DNA of 64,000 nt from Nevskiaceae bacterium (GTDB taxonomy: Bacteria > Pseudomonadota > Gammaproteobacteria > Nevskiales > Nevskiaceae): positions 47,407-111,406 of the forward strand of contig SSEB01000010.1 of NCBI GenBank assembly GCA_008012115.1, read 5' to 3'. A model generated the notes under the pieces. That model was not told the origin of the DNA. It saw only the letters and a program-made list of their open reading frames with translations, and searched no databases. The position numbers were made by a program, and so were the translations under genes. Shown piece after piece: positions 36,516 through 45,565 of the stretch; the stretch's first letter is position 1; each line of letters opens with the position of its first letter.

Positions 36516-36635
36516 ATGGCGGCGGCCCGTACCAGCGATTCCCGGCACCCGGCGTCACCGTTACCGTTGCTCCCTTCCGGGCCTGGCGGGGTTCGCGGCT
36601 TGCCGTCGCGGGAGGCCGGCACGGGCCACCATTGA
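36516..36635 (-). ncRNA. ffs: signal recognition particle RNA (4.5S type)
   Basis: The reverse complement reads GGUGGCCCGUGCCGGCCUCCCGCGACGG...CCGCCAGGCCCGGAAGGGAGCAACGG...GCCGGGAAUCGCUGGUACGGGCCGCC, with the conserved domain IV GGAA tetraloop region and paired termini. Conserved ffs-dnaX synteny. End positions approximate. Confidence 0.75.
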
Positions 36636-36990
36636 ACGTGCGTGGCGCAGGGCGCCAGCGGACGCGCAGTGTACGTGCGCGCCCGCACGAGCGCAAAGCT
36701 TCCATGCGCTAGGCTTTTTTCTTCGGGCCCCTTCGGCAGCGCCGGGCGTCACCGCTCTGGGCGGATCAGCCGGCGCGCAGCGCCGGGCGAGGCATGGATG
36801 CCGACGCTTTCGTCGCCGGGCCAGGATGGCCCGTCAACGCAACCCGCCCAGGGCGAGAAGCGCAGGGCATCCTTGCGCAGCAAGGACGCGAACGGAGAGT
36901 GTGCTTTCTTTGGGTGACTTCAATTCTTTGCACAAGCAAAGAAAAATCATCCGCGCGACAGTGCGGAAAACGTCTTTGCCGCCGGAAAGA

Positions 36991-37710
36991 TTACCTCCGC
37001 AACGCCGCCTGCTCCTCCAGGTTCAGCGCCACCTTGTCGCGCAGGTACAGCGGCACCAGCGCGTCGGCACTGATCGTCTGCCCCGCTGCGAACATCGGGA
37101 CCGCCAGCTGCAGCGCATCGGCGGCATGCGGCAGGGCGTCGCCTTGGGCGGCGACAAGTTCGACGCCGTCGATGCGCCTCAGCGTTTCGCCGTACGTCGC
37201 CCAGCCGCTGCCAACCGCAAGGTAACGCCCTGACGGCACCTGCACCGCCGATGGCGCGCAGACCTGCAAGGGCGCCAAAGCCGCGACCCCCTCGCCCGCC
37301 GCGCGGTAGACGCCGACGTAAACCTCGTTCATGCGTGCATCGATGGCCGCCAGCACCTGTGACGCGCCCGGCTCACGCATACCACGCAGCGCCAGCATCG
37401 CCAGCGAGCTGATGCCGACCACCGGCAGGTCCAGGGCCAGCGCCAGGCCCTTCACGTAACCGACGCCAATACGCACACCGGCGAAGCTGCCGGGGCCGAT
37501 GCCGCAAGCGATGCCGTCGAGCTGCGCGAAGGCGATGCCGGCATCCGCCATCAGCGCCGCCACCTGCGGCATCAGCTTCTGGGTGTGCTCGCGGCCGGCG
37601 ACGTCAAAGTGTTCGCGGATGTCGCCGTCGATCCACAACGCCGCGGAACAGGCTTCGGTGGCGGTATCGACCGCCAGGAACCGGCGCGCGCTCACAGGGT
37701 CCGCAGCCAT
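36991..37710 (-). CDS. tsaB: tRNA t6A37 biosynthesis protein TsaB (YeaZ)
   Basis: FLAVDTATEACSAALW...HTQKLMPQVAALM...GIACGIGPGSFAGVRIGVGYVKGLA. Start is ATG 37710 or GTG 37695 (GTGA overlap with the dinG stop). The upstream 160 codons of the tracked ORF are rejected. Confidence 0.85.
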   Translation of the reverse strand: MAADPVSARRFLAVDTATEACSAALWIDGDIREHFDVAGREHTQKLMPQVAALMADAGIAFAQLDGIACGIGPGSFAGVRIGVGYVKGLALALDLPVVGISSLAMLALRGMREPGASQVLAAIDARMNEVYVGVYRAAGEGVAALAPLQVCAPSAVQVPSGRYLAVGSGWATYGETLRRIDGVELVAAQGDALPHAADALQLAVPMFAAGQTISADALVPLYLRDKVALNLEEQAALRR

Positions 37711-39617
37711 TGCTGCGCCTCGGTGAGATCGGCCATCTGCGGCATCGGCGGCAGGCTGGCGAGCATGCGGCGACCATAGGGCTTGGAGCGCAGGCGTGGA
37801 TCGCAGAGCATCAGCAGGCCGCGGTCGCCGGCATCGCGGATCAGGCGGCCGACGCCCTGGCGCAGGGTCATGATCGCCTGCGGCACCTGCACGTCGTTGA
37901 AGGGATTGCCGCCGGCGCGGCGCACGGCATCGAGCCGCGCTTCGAACACCGGATCGCCGGGCGCGGCGAACGGCAGGCGGTCGATGATCACCAGGCGCAG
38001 CGCACGTCCCTTCACGTCCACCCCCTCCCAGAAACTGCTGGTGCCGATCAGCACGGCGTTGCCGTTCTCGGCGAAGGCGCGCAGCAGGGCGCCGCGACTG
38101 TCCTGCCCCTGCACGAACATCGGCAGACGCAGGCGCGCGCTCAGGCGCTCGGCAATTTTCTGCAAGGCGCGATGACTGGTGCACAGCACGAAGGCGCCGC
38201 CGCCGCTGGCCTCGATGGCCGGTACCGCAGCCTCGGCCACCGCCTCGGCGTAGGAGAAGTCGGTCGGGTCCGGCAATCCGCGCGGGATATAGAGCCGCGC
38301 CTGCTCGGCGTAATCGAAAGGACTGTCGACGCGCAGGGTGCGCGCGTCGTCCAGGCCGAGCTGGCGCGTGAACAGCGAAAAATCGTCGCTCGCCGCCAGC
38401 GTCGCCGAGGTGAACACCCAGGCACCGGGATAGGTCGCGAGCATGCGGCTGAAGCCTTCGGCGACCTCGATGGGCGTGGCATGCAGGCTGCCGCCCCGAC
38501 CCGCGGCCTCGACCCAGCGCACCACCTCGGTCTGCGCCGGCTGCAGCACCAGATTCAGGTTGGCGGTGAGCTTGGCGGCGCGCTCGACACAGGCAGCGAG
38601 TTCCGCATTGCGCTCCTCGTAGGGCTTGAGTTCGGCATACAGCGCATCCAGCGCCTGCTGCGCGTCGGCCAGCGCCTCAGCGACGCCGTCGCGCGCGGAG
38701 AACGCCTCCAGCGTCAGCCGGTTCTGTACGCCGGCGAAAGCCGCTTCCAGCAGCGTGGCCTTCTGCGACAGCAGGGTGGCGGCGGCTTCAAGGTCCGGCA
38801 TGTCGCCGGACTTGTCGGCTTCGGCACGCGTATCGCGCGACAGCTCCTGCAGCTGGCGCGTGGACACGCGCTGGCCGAAGAAGCTGCTGGCCAGTTCCGG
38901 CAGCTGGTGTGCCTCGTCCACCACCACCGCATCGCTGCCGGCCAGGATCTGGCCGAAGCCTTCCTCCTTGAGCATGAAGTCGGCGAACAACAGGTGATGA
39001 TTGATCACCACCAGGTCGGCGGCCTGCGCATTGCGCCGCGCCTTGGCGACGAAGCATTCGCCGAAGTCCGCGCACTTGGCGCCCAGGCAGTTGTCGGCCG
39101 TGGAGGTGATCCGCGGCGTCAGTGGATCGTCGCCGGCAAACTCCGCCAGCTCCGACAGCTCGCCGGTGGCGGTGCTGCGCGACCATTCCTCGACGCGGCG
39201 CAGGCGCGCGGGGTCGGCGCGCAGCCCGGGCACGCCCTGCGCACGCTTCATGCGGTACAGACACAGGTAGTTGGAGCGGCCCTTGAGCAGGGCGCTGCGC
39301 ACCGGCACGCGCAGCGCCTCGGAGACGCGCGGCAGATCGCGGTGGAACAACTGGTCCTGGAGATTCTTGGTGCCGGTGGACACCACGATGCGCTTGCCCG
39401 ACATCAGCGCCGGCACCAGATAGGCGTAGGTCTTGCCGGTGCCGGTACCGGCCTCCACCGCCAGTTGGCCGTCGTGCTCGAAAGCCTCGGCCACGGCCTG
39501 CGCCATCTCCTGTTGCGCCCCGCGCGGCACAAAGCCCTTGATCGACAGCGCCAGCGGCCCGTCGGCACCCAGCAGTTCCGCGGTGGCGCCCCCACTCGCG
39601 TGGGACGCGTCGCTCAT
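37692..39617 (-). CDS. dinG: ATP-dependent DinG/YoaA-family Fe-S helicase
   Basis: Start MSDASHASGG. AVEAGTGTGKTYAYLVPA (Walker A), Cys cluster LCLYR...NCLGAKCADFGEC, VVVDEAHQL (DEAH), C-terminal FWEGVDV and QGVGRLIR. Confidence 0.85.
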   Translation of the reverse strand: MSDASHASGGATAELLGADGPLALSIKGFVPRGAQQEMAQAVAEAFEHDGQLAVEAGTGTGKTYAYLVPALMSGKRIVVSTGTKNLQDQLFHRDLPRVSEALRVPVRSALLKGRSNYLCLYRMKRAQGVPGLRADPARLRRVEEWSRSTATGELSELAEFAGDDPLTPRITSTADNCLGAKCADFGECFVAKARRNAQAADLVVINHHLLFADFMLKEEGFGQILAGSDAVVVDEAHQLPELASSFFGQRVSTRQLQELSRDTRAEADKSGDMPDLEAAATLLSQKATLLEAAFAGVQNRLTLEAFSARDGVAEALADAQQALDALYAELKPYEERNAELAACVERAAKLTANLNLVLQPAQTEVVRWVEAAGRGGSLHATPIEVAEGFSRMLATYPGAWVFTSATLAASDDFSLFTRQLGLDDARTLRVDSPFDYAEQARLYIPRGLPDPTDFSYAEAVAEAAVPAIEASGGGAFVLCTSHRALQKIAERLSARLRLPMFVQGQDSRGALLRAFAENGNAVLIGTSSFWEGVDVKGRALRLVIIDRLPFAAPGDPVFEARLDAVRRAGGNPFNDVQVPQAIMTLRQGVGRLIRDAGDRGLLMLCDPRLRSKPYGRRMLASLPPMPQMADLTEAQQWLRTL

Positions 39618-40213
39618 GGCGTCGCGGGCGCGGCCGACTGCAGCAACTGCTGGATCGCGTCGATGCGCGACTGCGCCAGCGCGGCGCCGTCGATATCGCC
39701 GCTGGCGCTGCGCGCGTCGCGGATCACGCGCCAGTTTTCCTGCTCGACGTAAACATTGCCGCGCGCCAGGCTGCTGGCTTTCTGCGCGACGCTGATCGCC
39801 TGGTCGTAATTCTTCTGCAGCAGGTAGGTGCCGGCCAGCGACGACCAGACGAAGTAGTTGCGCGGTTCGATGCGCTGGGCGCGCTCGAGCGCCGCCGCGG
39901 CCTGGTCGTAGCGACCGGCACTGCGCGCGGCCTGCGCCTGGCGCAACAGCGACAGCACCGCGCCGCCGCTGATTTCGTCCGCGGATTTCGGATAGTTGGG
40001 CAGCGCCTTGGGTGGCGGCAGCGGCATGGCCTGCGGCGACTGGCTTTCCGGCACGATCACCGGCGCAGGCGTGCCGCTGGGTGCGGCCGGCAACGGACGC
40101 GACACCGGCGGCGCGGACGGCGGCTGGTTGGTCTCTCGACGGCCGTGTACGGTCTGGCAACCGGCGGCGACGACAGCCAGGGCCAGAATGGCCAGCTTGA
40201 TGCCTTGCTTCAT
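39614..40213 (-). CDS. TPR-containing outer-membrane lipoprotein, LpoP-like candidate PBP1B partner
   Basis: Lipobox LAVVAAGC. Pro-rich linker (PPSAPPVSRPLPAAPSGTPAPV...PLPPPKALP). TPR-like repeats (RYDQAAAALERAQRIEPRNYFVWSSLAGTYLLQKNYDQAI). 4-nt overlaps with mrcB upstream and dinG downstream. Confidence 0.6.
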   Translation of the reverse strand: MKQGIKLAILALAVVAAGCQTVHGRRETNQPPSAPPVSRPLPAAPSGTPAPVIVPESQSPQAMPLPPPKALPNYPKSADEISGGAVLSLLRQAQAARSAGRYDQAAAALERAQRIEPRNYFVWSSLAGTYLLQKNYDQAISVAQKASSLARGNVYVEQENWRVIRDARSASGDIDGAALAQSRIDAIQQLLQSAAPATP

Positions 40214-42510
40214 TTAAAAATTCCCTTGAGCCAGTCCACCGCCGAATCCACCGGCGACGCCGATTTGGCGCAGGGCGCGGCGTCGTTGGGCGCGTAACCC
40301 TGCATGTACGGCACGCTGATCGCGCCGGTGCAGCCTTCATCGGCGCGCAGGCCGGTCACCGGATCGGTGAGCTGTTCGACGACATCGGCCGGCGGCGTCA
40401 CGTCGAGCCCGCGCACGTTGATGTCGTGCATGACCTTGGTCCAGATTTGCAGGGCGCCGCTGGCACCGGTCAGGCCCATCGGCTTGTAGTCGTCACGGCC
40501 GACCCAGACCACGGCGACGCGGTCGGCGCCAAAGCCGGCGAACCAGCTGTCGCGCAACTCGTCGGTGGTGCCGGTCTTGCCGGCCAGCACGACATCGGGG
40601 GAGATGACGTTATAAACGCTGCGCGCGGTGCCCAGCGTCATCACGTGGCGCATCGCCCAGGTGGTGAGATACACCGGCCCTTCCGGCAGCGTCTGCTTGA
40701 CCTTGATCGGATAGCGCGACAGCGGCTGGCCTTCCTTGGTCTCGACCTCGCGGATCGCCGACAGCGGCGACTGGTAGCCGCTGGCCGCGAGCGTGGCATA
40801 CATCTGCGCCACTTCGACCGGCGCGATATCGACCGCACCCAGGAAGATCGACGGCACCGCGGCGGCATCGCCGGTGTAGCCGGCGGCATGCAGGGTTTCC
40901 ATCACCGCCGGCGGCCCGATCTGCAGACCCAGGGCTACCGTCGGCAGGTTGTAGGACTGCGCCAGCGCCATATACAGCGGCTGCGGACCGTGCAACTGCT
41001 TGTCATAGTTGTGCGGCTCCCACACATCCTTGTTGGGCAGCGTCAGCTGGATCGGCTCATCCGGCAGGATGGTGTGCAGGTTGTACTGCTGCGGCCGCGA
41101 CAGCGCGGTGAGATACAGGAACGGCTTGGCCAGCGAGCCGATGGAGCGGCGCGAATCCAGCGCGCGGTTGAAGCCCGGGAACCGCGTCTCGCGGCTGCCG
41201 ACCAGCGCCAGCACCTCGCCGCCATCGACACTGGTGACCACGCCGGCGGCCTCCAGCGTATCCGGCTTCATGCGGCGCTGCTGCTCGAGTTGCGGCAGGC
41301 CGTCGGTGATTTCCTTCTCCAGCGCTTCCTGCGTCCGCGGGTCCAGCGTGGTGAAGATGCGCAGGCCGTCGTTGGTCAGATCGCTTTCCTGGTACTGGCC
41401 CTTGAGCTGGCGTTTGACCAGATCGACGAAGGCCGGATAGCGATCGACGCCGCCGCCCTTGCCGGCCAGGCCCAGCGGTCGTTCGATGGCGCTCTTGTAC
41501 TCGTTGTCGTCGATCAGGCCTTCGTCGCGGAAAATCTGCAGCACCAGGTCGCGCCGCGCCTTGGCGCGCGCCTCGTTGCGCCGCGGGTTGTAGAACGACG
41601 GCCCTTTGACCAGACCCACCAGCAGTGCGATCTCGTGCGAACGCAGCTCGTTGAGCGGCTTGTTGAAATAGAACTGCGCACCCAGGCCGAAGCCATGCAC
41701 GGCGCGATTGCCGTCCTGCCCGAGGTGCACCTCGTTCAGGTAGGCCTCCATGATCTCGTCCTTGGAGTAATGCGCCTCCAGCAGCAGCGCCATGAAGACT
41801 TCCTTGAACTTGCGATCCCAGGTCTGGGCGCTGTTGAGGAAGAAATTCTTGACCAGCTGCTGCGTCAGCGTGCTGCCACCCTGCACCACGTGACCGGCAC
41901 GCAGGTTGGCGAAGGCGGCGCGGAAGATGGCCTTGGGACTGACGCCGTAATGGCTGTAGAAGCTGCGGTCCTCGACCGCCACCAGACCCTTGGTCAGCAT
42001 CGGCGGCACGTCCGACAACTTGACCAGCACGCGGTCCTCGCCCTGCTGCGGGTAGATGCTGCCGATCAGCAGCGGATCCAGGCGGACGATGTCCATCGGC
42101 TTGCCGGTGGTCGCGTCATTGACCCCGGTGATGCCCGCGGGCGCCAGGCGCAGCGACAGCTTGAGCGCGGCCTGCTCACCGTCCCAGAACTTGAAATCGC
42201 GCGTGTTGATCAGCGCCTGGTCGCGCGTGATCTCGAAGGTGCCGGGACCGTCCGGCTCGGCCATGCTGCGGTAGCCCAGGCGCTCCAGCTCGTGCCGCAG
42301 CGTATCGGCGTCGAGGTTCTGGCCTGGATACAACTCCAGCGGCGCGGAATAGACCTGGGCCGGCAGGGCCCAGCGTGCGCCGGCGAAGCGCGCGCGGACC
42401 TCATGATCGAGGCCGACCAGGTAGATGGAGAACACGACCACGCCGGCGCTGAGCAGAATCAGCAACGCGGCGACGATCAGGGAGCGGAATCGGGTCACGG
42501 AGAAAGTCAT
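40210..42510 (-). CDS. mrcB: penicillin-binding protein 1B (bifunctional glycosyltransferase/transpeptidase)
   Basis: N-terminal TM and UB2H-like region (ARWALPAQVYSAPLEL...LRHELERLGY). GT51 motifs AVEDRSFYSHYGV and GGSTLTQQLVKN. TP motifs SIGSLAKP (SxxK) and KTGTT. Confidence 0.9.
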   Translation of the reverse strand: MTFSVTRFRSLIVAALLILLSAGVVVFSIYLVGLDHEVRARFAGARWALPAQVYSAPLELYPGQNLDADTLRHELERLGYRSMAEPDGPGTFEITRDQALINTRDFKFWDGEQAALKLSLRLAPAGITGVNDATTGKPMDIVRLDPLLIGSIYPQQGEDRVLVKLSDVPPMLTKGLVAVEDRSFYSHYGVSPKAIFRAAFANLRAGHVVQGGSTLTQQLVKNFFLNSAQTWDRKFKEVFMALLLEAHYSKDEIMEAYLNEVHLGQDGNRAVHGFGLGAQFYFNKPLNELRSHEIALLVGLVKGPSFYNPRRNEARAKARRDLVLQIFRDEGLIDDNEYKSAIERPLGLAGKGGGVDRYPAFVDLVKRQLKGQYQESDLTNDGLRIFTTLDPRTQEALEKEITDGLPQLEQQRRMKPDTLEAAGVVTSVDGGEVLALVGSRETRFPGFNRALDSRRSIGSLAKPFLYLTALSRPQQYNLHTILPDEPIQLTLPNKDVWEPHNYDKQLHGPQPLYMALAQSYNLPTVALGLQIGPPAVMETLHAAGYTGDAAAVPSIFLGAVDIAPVEVAQMYATLAASGYQSPLSAIREVETKEGQPLSRYPIKVKQTLPEGPVYLTTWAMRHVMTLGTARSVYNVISPDVVLAGKTGTTDELRDSWFAGFGADRVAVVWVGRDDYKPMGLTGASGALQIWTKVMHDINVRGLDVTPPADVVEQLTDPVTGLRADEGCTGAISVPYMQGYAPNDAAPCAKSASPVDSAVDWLKGIFK

Positions 42511-42581
42511 GCAGCGCGAAATGATACAGGCTTGACCGCGCCCGGACCGTGCGGTTCGGCGTGAAAGCGAGAAAAAATCCC

Positions 42582-42691
42582 CACCCGCTCCGGGTCTTGG
42601 CCGCCGTGCATTTGTTTTATTTTATATATTTAATTTTAATTCAGTAAATTAAATATAACATCATTTTTGCCCCCAGTGATGACAGCGGGTG
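42582..42691 (+). repeat. 110-bp GC-clamped AT-core dyad element, copy 5
   Basis: CACCCGCT at 42582-42589 and AGCGGGTG at 42684-42691. Central AATT-TT-AATT (42632-42641) sits on the exact midpoint. Core offsets 30-39 TTTGTTTTAT are identical to copy 4. Lies in the divergent mrcB / DUF47-pit intergenic region. Confidence 0.85.
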
Positions 42692-42882
42692 AGCGGAATG
42701 GGCGCCCGAAAAGCCCATCTGAGCAAGCCTGGGGCCGGCGGCACGCACTGGCGGGCGTGCGGCCGCATCCGTATGCTTCGCGCCCGCGCGATGTCACATC
42801 GCTGTCATAATGCCGGCGGCGGAGCCGGCCCAGCCCGATCGCGGGCAATACAAGAATTCCGAAACCACCCGGGAGCACAACG

Positions 42883-43509
42883 ATGTTTGGACGCCTGATG
42901 CCCAGAGAGGGCCGCTTCTTCGAGTATTTCATCGAGCACGCCGAACAATTGGTGCTGGGCGCCATCGAGCTCAAGGCCCTGATGGCCAACGTGGCCGAGC
43001 TGCCGCTGCGCAAGCGCAACATCGAGAGCATCGAGCACCGCGCCGACAAGGTCACGCAGCAGACCATGCAGCTGCTGCACCAGACTTTCATCACACCGCT
43101 GGACCGCGACGAAATACACCAGCTGATCACCCGCATGGACGACATCCTCGACCTGATGGAGGACGCGTCGCAGTGCATGCACCTCTACGACATCCACACG
43201 GTCACCGACGAGACCCGCCAGCTGGCCAGCATCTGCCTGGAGAGCACCGAGAAGGTGCGCGAGGCGATCAAGCTGCTGCCGAACATGAAGAACGCCGAGG
43301 CGATCCTCGAGTCCTGCAAGCGCATCGACCGCCTGGAGAGCGACGCCGACCATGTGATGCGCACCGCCATGGCCAAGCTGTTCCGCGAGGAGGCCGACGC
43401 GCGCCAGATCATCAAGATGAAAGAGCTGTACCAGTTGCTGGAGTCGGTCACCGACCGCTGCCAGGACGTGGCCAACATCATCGAAGGCATCGTGCTGGAA
43501 AACGCCTGA
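42883..43509 (+). CDS. DUF47 (PhoU-like, TIGR00153) Pit accessory protein
   Basis: MFGRLMPREGRFFEYFIEHAE...IESIEHRADKVT...FITPLDRDEIHQLITRMDDILD...ADHVMRTAMAKLF. Its stop overlaps the pit start. Confidence 0.85.
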   Translation: MFGRLMPREGRFFEYFIEHAEQLVLGAIELKALMANVAELPLRKRNIESIEHRADKVTQQTMQLLHQTFITPLDRDEIHQLITRMDDILDLMEDASQCMHLYDIHTVTDETRQLASICLESTEKVREAIKLLPNMKNAEAILESCKRIDRLESDADHVMRTAMAKLFREEADARQIIKMKELYQLLESVTDRCQDVANIIEGIVLENA

Positions 43510-44516
43510 TGGGCACCCTGCACATCGCCATGGAGATCGTGATCTTCCTGGTGGCGCTGGCGCTGCTGTTCGATTTCATGAACGGCTTCCACGACTCCGC
43601 CAACTCCATCGCCACCATCGTCTCCACCGGCGCGATGAGCCCGCAGAAGGCGGTGGTCTGGGCGGCGTTCTTCAACTTCATCGCCTTCCTGTTCTTCGGC
43701 TTTCATGTCGCCACGACCGTCGGCAAGGGCATCATCGACCCGAGCATCGTCGATCATCACGTGGTGTTCGGCGCGCTGGTCGGCGCCATCAGCTGGAACA
43801 TCATCACCTGGTATTACGGCATCCCCTCCAGTTCCTCGCACGCGCTGGTGGGCGGCCTGGCGGGCGCGGCGGTGGCCAAGGGCGGCACCGGCACCCTGGT
43901 CGCGGCCGGCTTTCTCAAGACCGCGAGCGCCATCGTGCTGTCACCGCTGCTGGGTTTCATCCTCGGCGCCCTGCTCATGGTCGGCGCAGCCTGGAGCGGC
44001 TCGCTGTTCACCGCACGCAAGGCCGACCGCGGTTTCAAGTACCTGCAGTACGTTTCGGCCGCGCTCTACAGCCTCGGGCACGGCAGTAACGATGCGCAGA
44101 AAACCATGGGCATCATCTGGATGCTGCTGATCGCGGCGGGCCTCACCGGCCCGCAGGACTCGCTGCCGTTCTGGGTGGTGCTGAGCTGCCAGACCGCGAT
44201 GGGCCTGGGCACGCTGTTCGGCGGCTGGCGCATCGTCAGGACCATGGGCATGAAGATCACCAAGCTAAAACCGGTGGGCGGCTTCTGTGCCTCGGCCAGT
44301 GGCGCGGCGACGCTGTTCCTGGCCACCAGCCTGGGCGTGCCGGTGTCCACCACGCACACCATCACCGGGTCCATCGTTGGCGTGGGCGCCGCACGCAACG
44401 TCAACGCCGTGCGCTGGGGCATCGCAGGGAATATCGTCTGGGCCTGGGTGCTCACCATCCCCGCCTCGGCCTTCATCGCCGGCGTGGCCTGGTGGCTGGG
44501 ACAGCGCTACTTCTGA
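43509..44516 (+). CDS. pit: inorganic phosphate transporter, PiT family
   Basis: LLFDFMNGFHDSANSIATIVST and second repeat LGHGSNDAQKTMGII...TTHTITGSIVGVG. 335 aa. Confidence 0.9.
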   Translation: MGTLHIAMEIVIFLVALALLFDFMNGFHDSANSIATIVSTGAMSPQKAVVWAAFFNFIAFLFFGFHVATTVGKGIIDPSIVDHHVVFGALVGAISWNIITWYYGIPSSSSHALVGGLAGAAVAKGGTGTLVAAGFLKTASAIVLSPLLGFILGALLMVGAAWSGSLFTARKADRGFKYLQYVSAALYSLGHGSNDAQKTMGIIWMLLIAAGLTGPQDSLPFWVVLSCQTAMGLGTLFGGWRIVRTMGMKITKLKPVGGFCASASGAATLFLATSLGVPVSTTHTITGSIVGVGAARNVNAVRWGIAGNIVWAWVLTIPASAFIAGVAWWLGQRYF

Positions 44517-44641
44517 GACACCGACCCCAGTTTCGGGGGCATCGCCGGGGGCATCGTTCGCTCTGGGCCTGGGTGCTTACCATCCCCGCCTCGGCCTTCA
44601 CTGCCGGCGTGGCCTGGTGGCTGGGACAGTGCTATCTCTGA
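44437..44641 (+). repeat. tandem duplication of the pit 3' terminus (two 80-bp copies with 125-bp period)
   Basis: The 80 bp at 44437-44516 (the last 77 nt of pit coding sequence plus TGA) recur at 44562-44641, also ending TGA, with 6 mismatches. Weaker similarity extends about 20 bp further upstream. Confidence 0.85.
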
Positions 44642-44658
44642 ATCACCGGCTCATCGTC

Positions 44659-44699
44659 ACCGGCATCGCCCGGAGTACGACTCAGGGCGATGCCCGGTG
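44659..44699. terminator. hairpin between the convergent pit and phoU genes
   Basis: CACCGGCATCGCCC-GGAGTACGACTCA-GGGCGATGCCCGGTG (14-bp stem with one bulge). No clear U-run. Confidence 0.45.
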
Positions 44700-44715
44700 A
44701 CCCGGGCACTGGGCC

Positions 44716-45429
44716 TTACTCGCCCTTGACCTCGCGCTTCATCAGCTCCAGCGAGAGATGGCGCACGTCCTTGCCCTTGACCAGGTAGATGACGTACTCG
44801 GCGATGTTCTTGGCGTGGTCGCCGATGCGCTCCAGCGCGCGCACCGCCCAGATGATGTCCATCACACGGCGAATGGTGCGCGGGTCTTCCATCATGAAGG
44901 TGATGCACTGGCGCATCAGCGCTTCATATTCGCGATCGACATAGACGTCTTCGTGCGCCACCGACAGCGCCTGATCGACATCCAGGCGGGCGAAGGCGTC
45001 CAGCGAGTCGTGCACCATCTGGCCGACATGCCGCGAGAGGTGGCTGATTTCCACCATTGGACCGGCGCGGTCCTGGGTCGAAAGGTCCGACGCCATCCGC
45101 GCAATTTTCTCGGCCTCGTCGCCGATGCGCTCGAGGTCGGTGATGGTCTTGATCACCGCCACGATCAGGCGAAGATCGCTGGCCGCCGGCTGACGCAGGG
45201 CCAGAACGCGGCTGCATTCCTCGTCGATCATCACCTCGAACTGGTTGACCTTGTAATCGTTGCGCGCAACCTGCTCGGCCAGAGCGCCGTCGACCTCGGT
45301 GAAAGCGTCGGTAGCGTCGCGGATCTGCTGCTCGACGAGCCCGCCCATCGCCATGACACGCTGGCGCACATCTTCCAGCTCGGCATTGAACTGGCTGGAG
45401 ATATGCTGTTTGAAAACCGGCTTGTCCAT
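44716..45429 (-). CDS. phoU: phosphate signalling complex protein PhoU
   Basis: KQHISSQFNAELEDVRQRVMAMGGLVEQQI...ASDLRLIVAVIKTITDLERIGDEAEKIA...IWAVRALERIGDHAKNIAEYVIY. Confidence 0.9.
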   Translation of the reverse strand: MDKPVFKQHISSQFNAELEDVRQRVMAMGGLVEQQIRDATDAFTEVDGALAEQVARNDYKVNQFEVMIDEECSRVLALRQPAASDLRLIVAVIKTITDLERIGDEAEKIARMASDLSTQDRAGPMVEISHLSRHVGQMVHDSLDAFARLDVDQALSVAHEDVYVDREYEALMRQCITFMMEDPRTIRRVMDIIWAVRALERIGDHAKNIAEYVIYLVKGKDVRHLSLELMKREVKGE

Positions 45430-45528
45430 GGCCGAACGTCCTAGGAATGAAGGAAGGAAGAGAGTGTCATTCTGACGGGCTTGCTTCTTGGGTCAAGTAC
45501 CCCTTGCGGAGTACCTGAGCGAAGAAGC

Positions 45529-45552
45529 GTCCGGCGCCTCGCAGCGCCGGAC
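45529..45552 (-). terminator. hairpin downstream of the porin gene
   Basis: GTCCGGCGC-loop-GCGCCGGAC, 14 nt after the porin stop, followed on the - strand by GCTTCTTCGCT. Confidence 0.5.
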
Positions 45553-45565
45553 GTTTCCGTACTGC

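Noticed and set aside
36397-36752. Several 60-100-aa ORFs (36397-36705, 36449-36688, 36561-36752) between dnaX and tsaB
   Set aside because: The region is explained by the SRP RNA gene (ffs, - strand) and element copy 4. The ORFs are GC-frame artefacts crossing an RNA gene.
36750-36966. Possible degenerate seventh copy of the 110-bp element. A clamp-like TCACCGCTCTGGG lies at 36749-36761, a moderately AT-rich patch at 36915-36950, and GCGCGACAGTGCGGAAAAC at 36953-36971, which resembles the right flank of copy 2.
   Set aside because: The clamp has lost a C, the spacing is about 200 bp rather than 110, the interior is mostly GC-rich and no gap-free alignment is possible. It may be a decayed or interrupted copy, but it cannot be supported from this window alone.
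37711-40340. N-terminal extensions of the tracked ORFs for tsaB (to 38184) and dinG (to 40340)
   Set aside because: The extensions are Arg/Pro-rich and overlap better-supported genes (dinG, the LpoP-like lipoprotein gene and mrcB). Conserved N-termini begin at 37710/37695 and 39617, with coupled start/stop overlaps.
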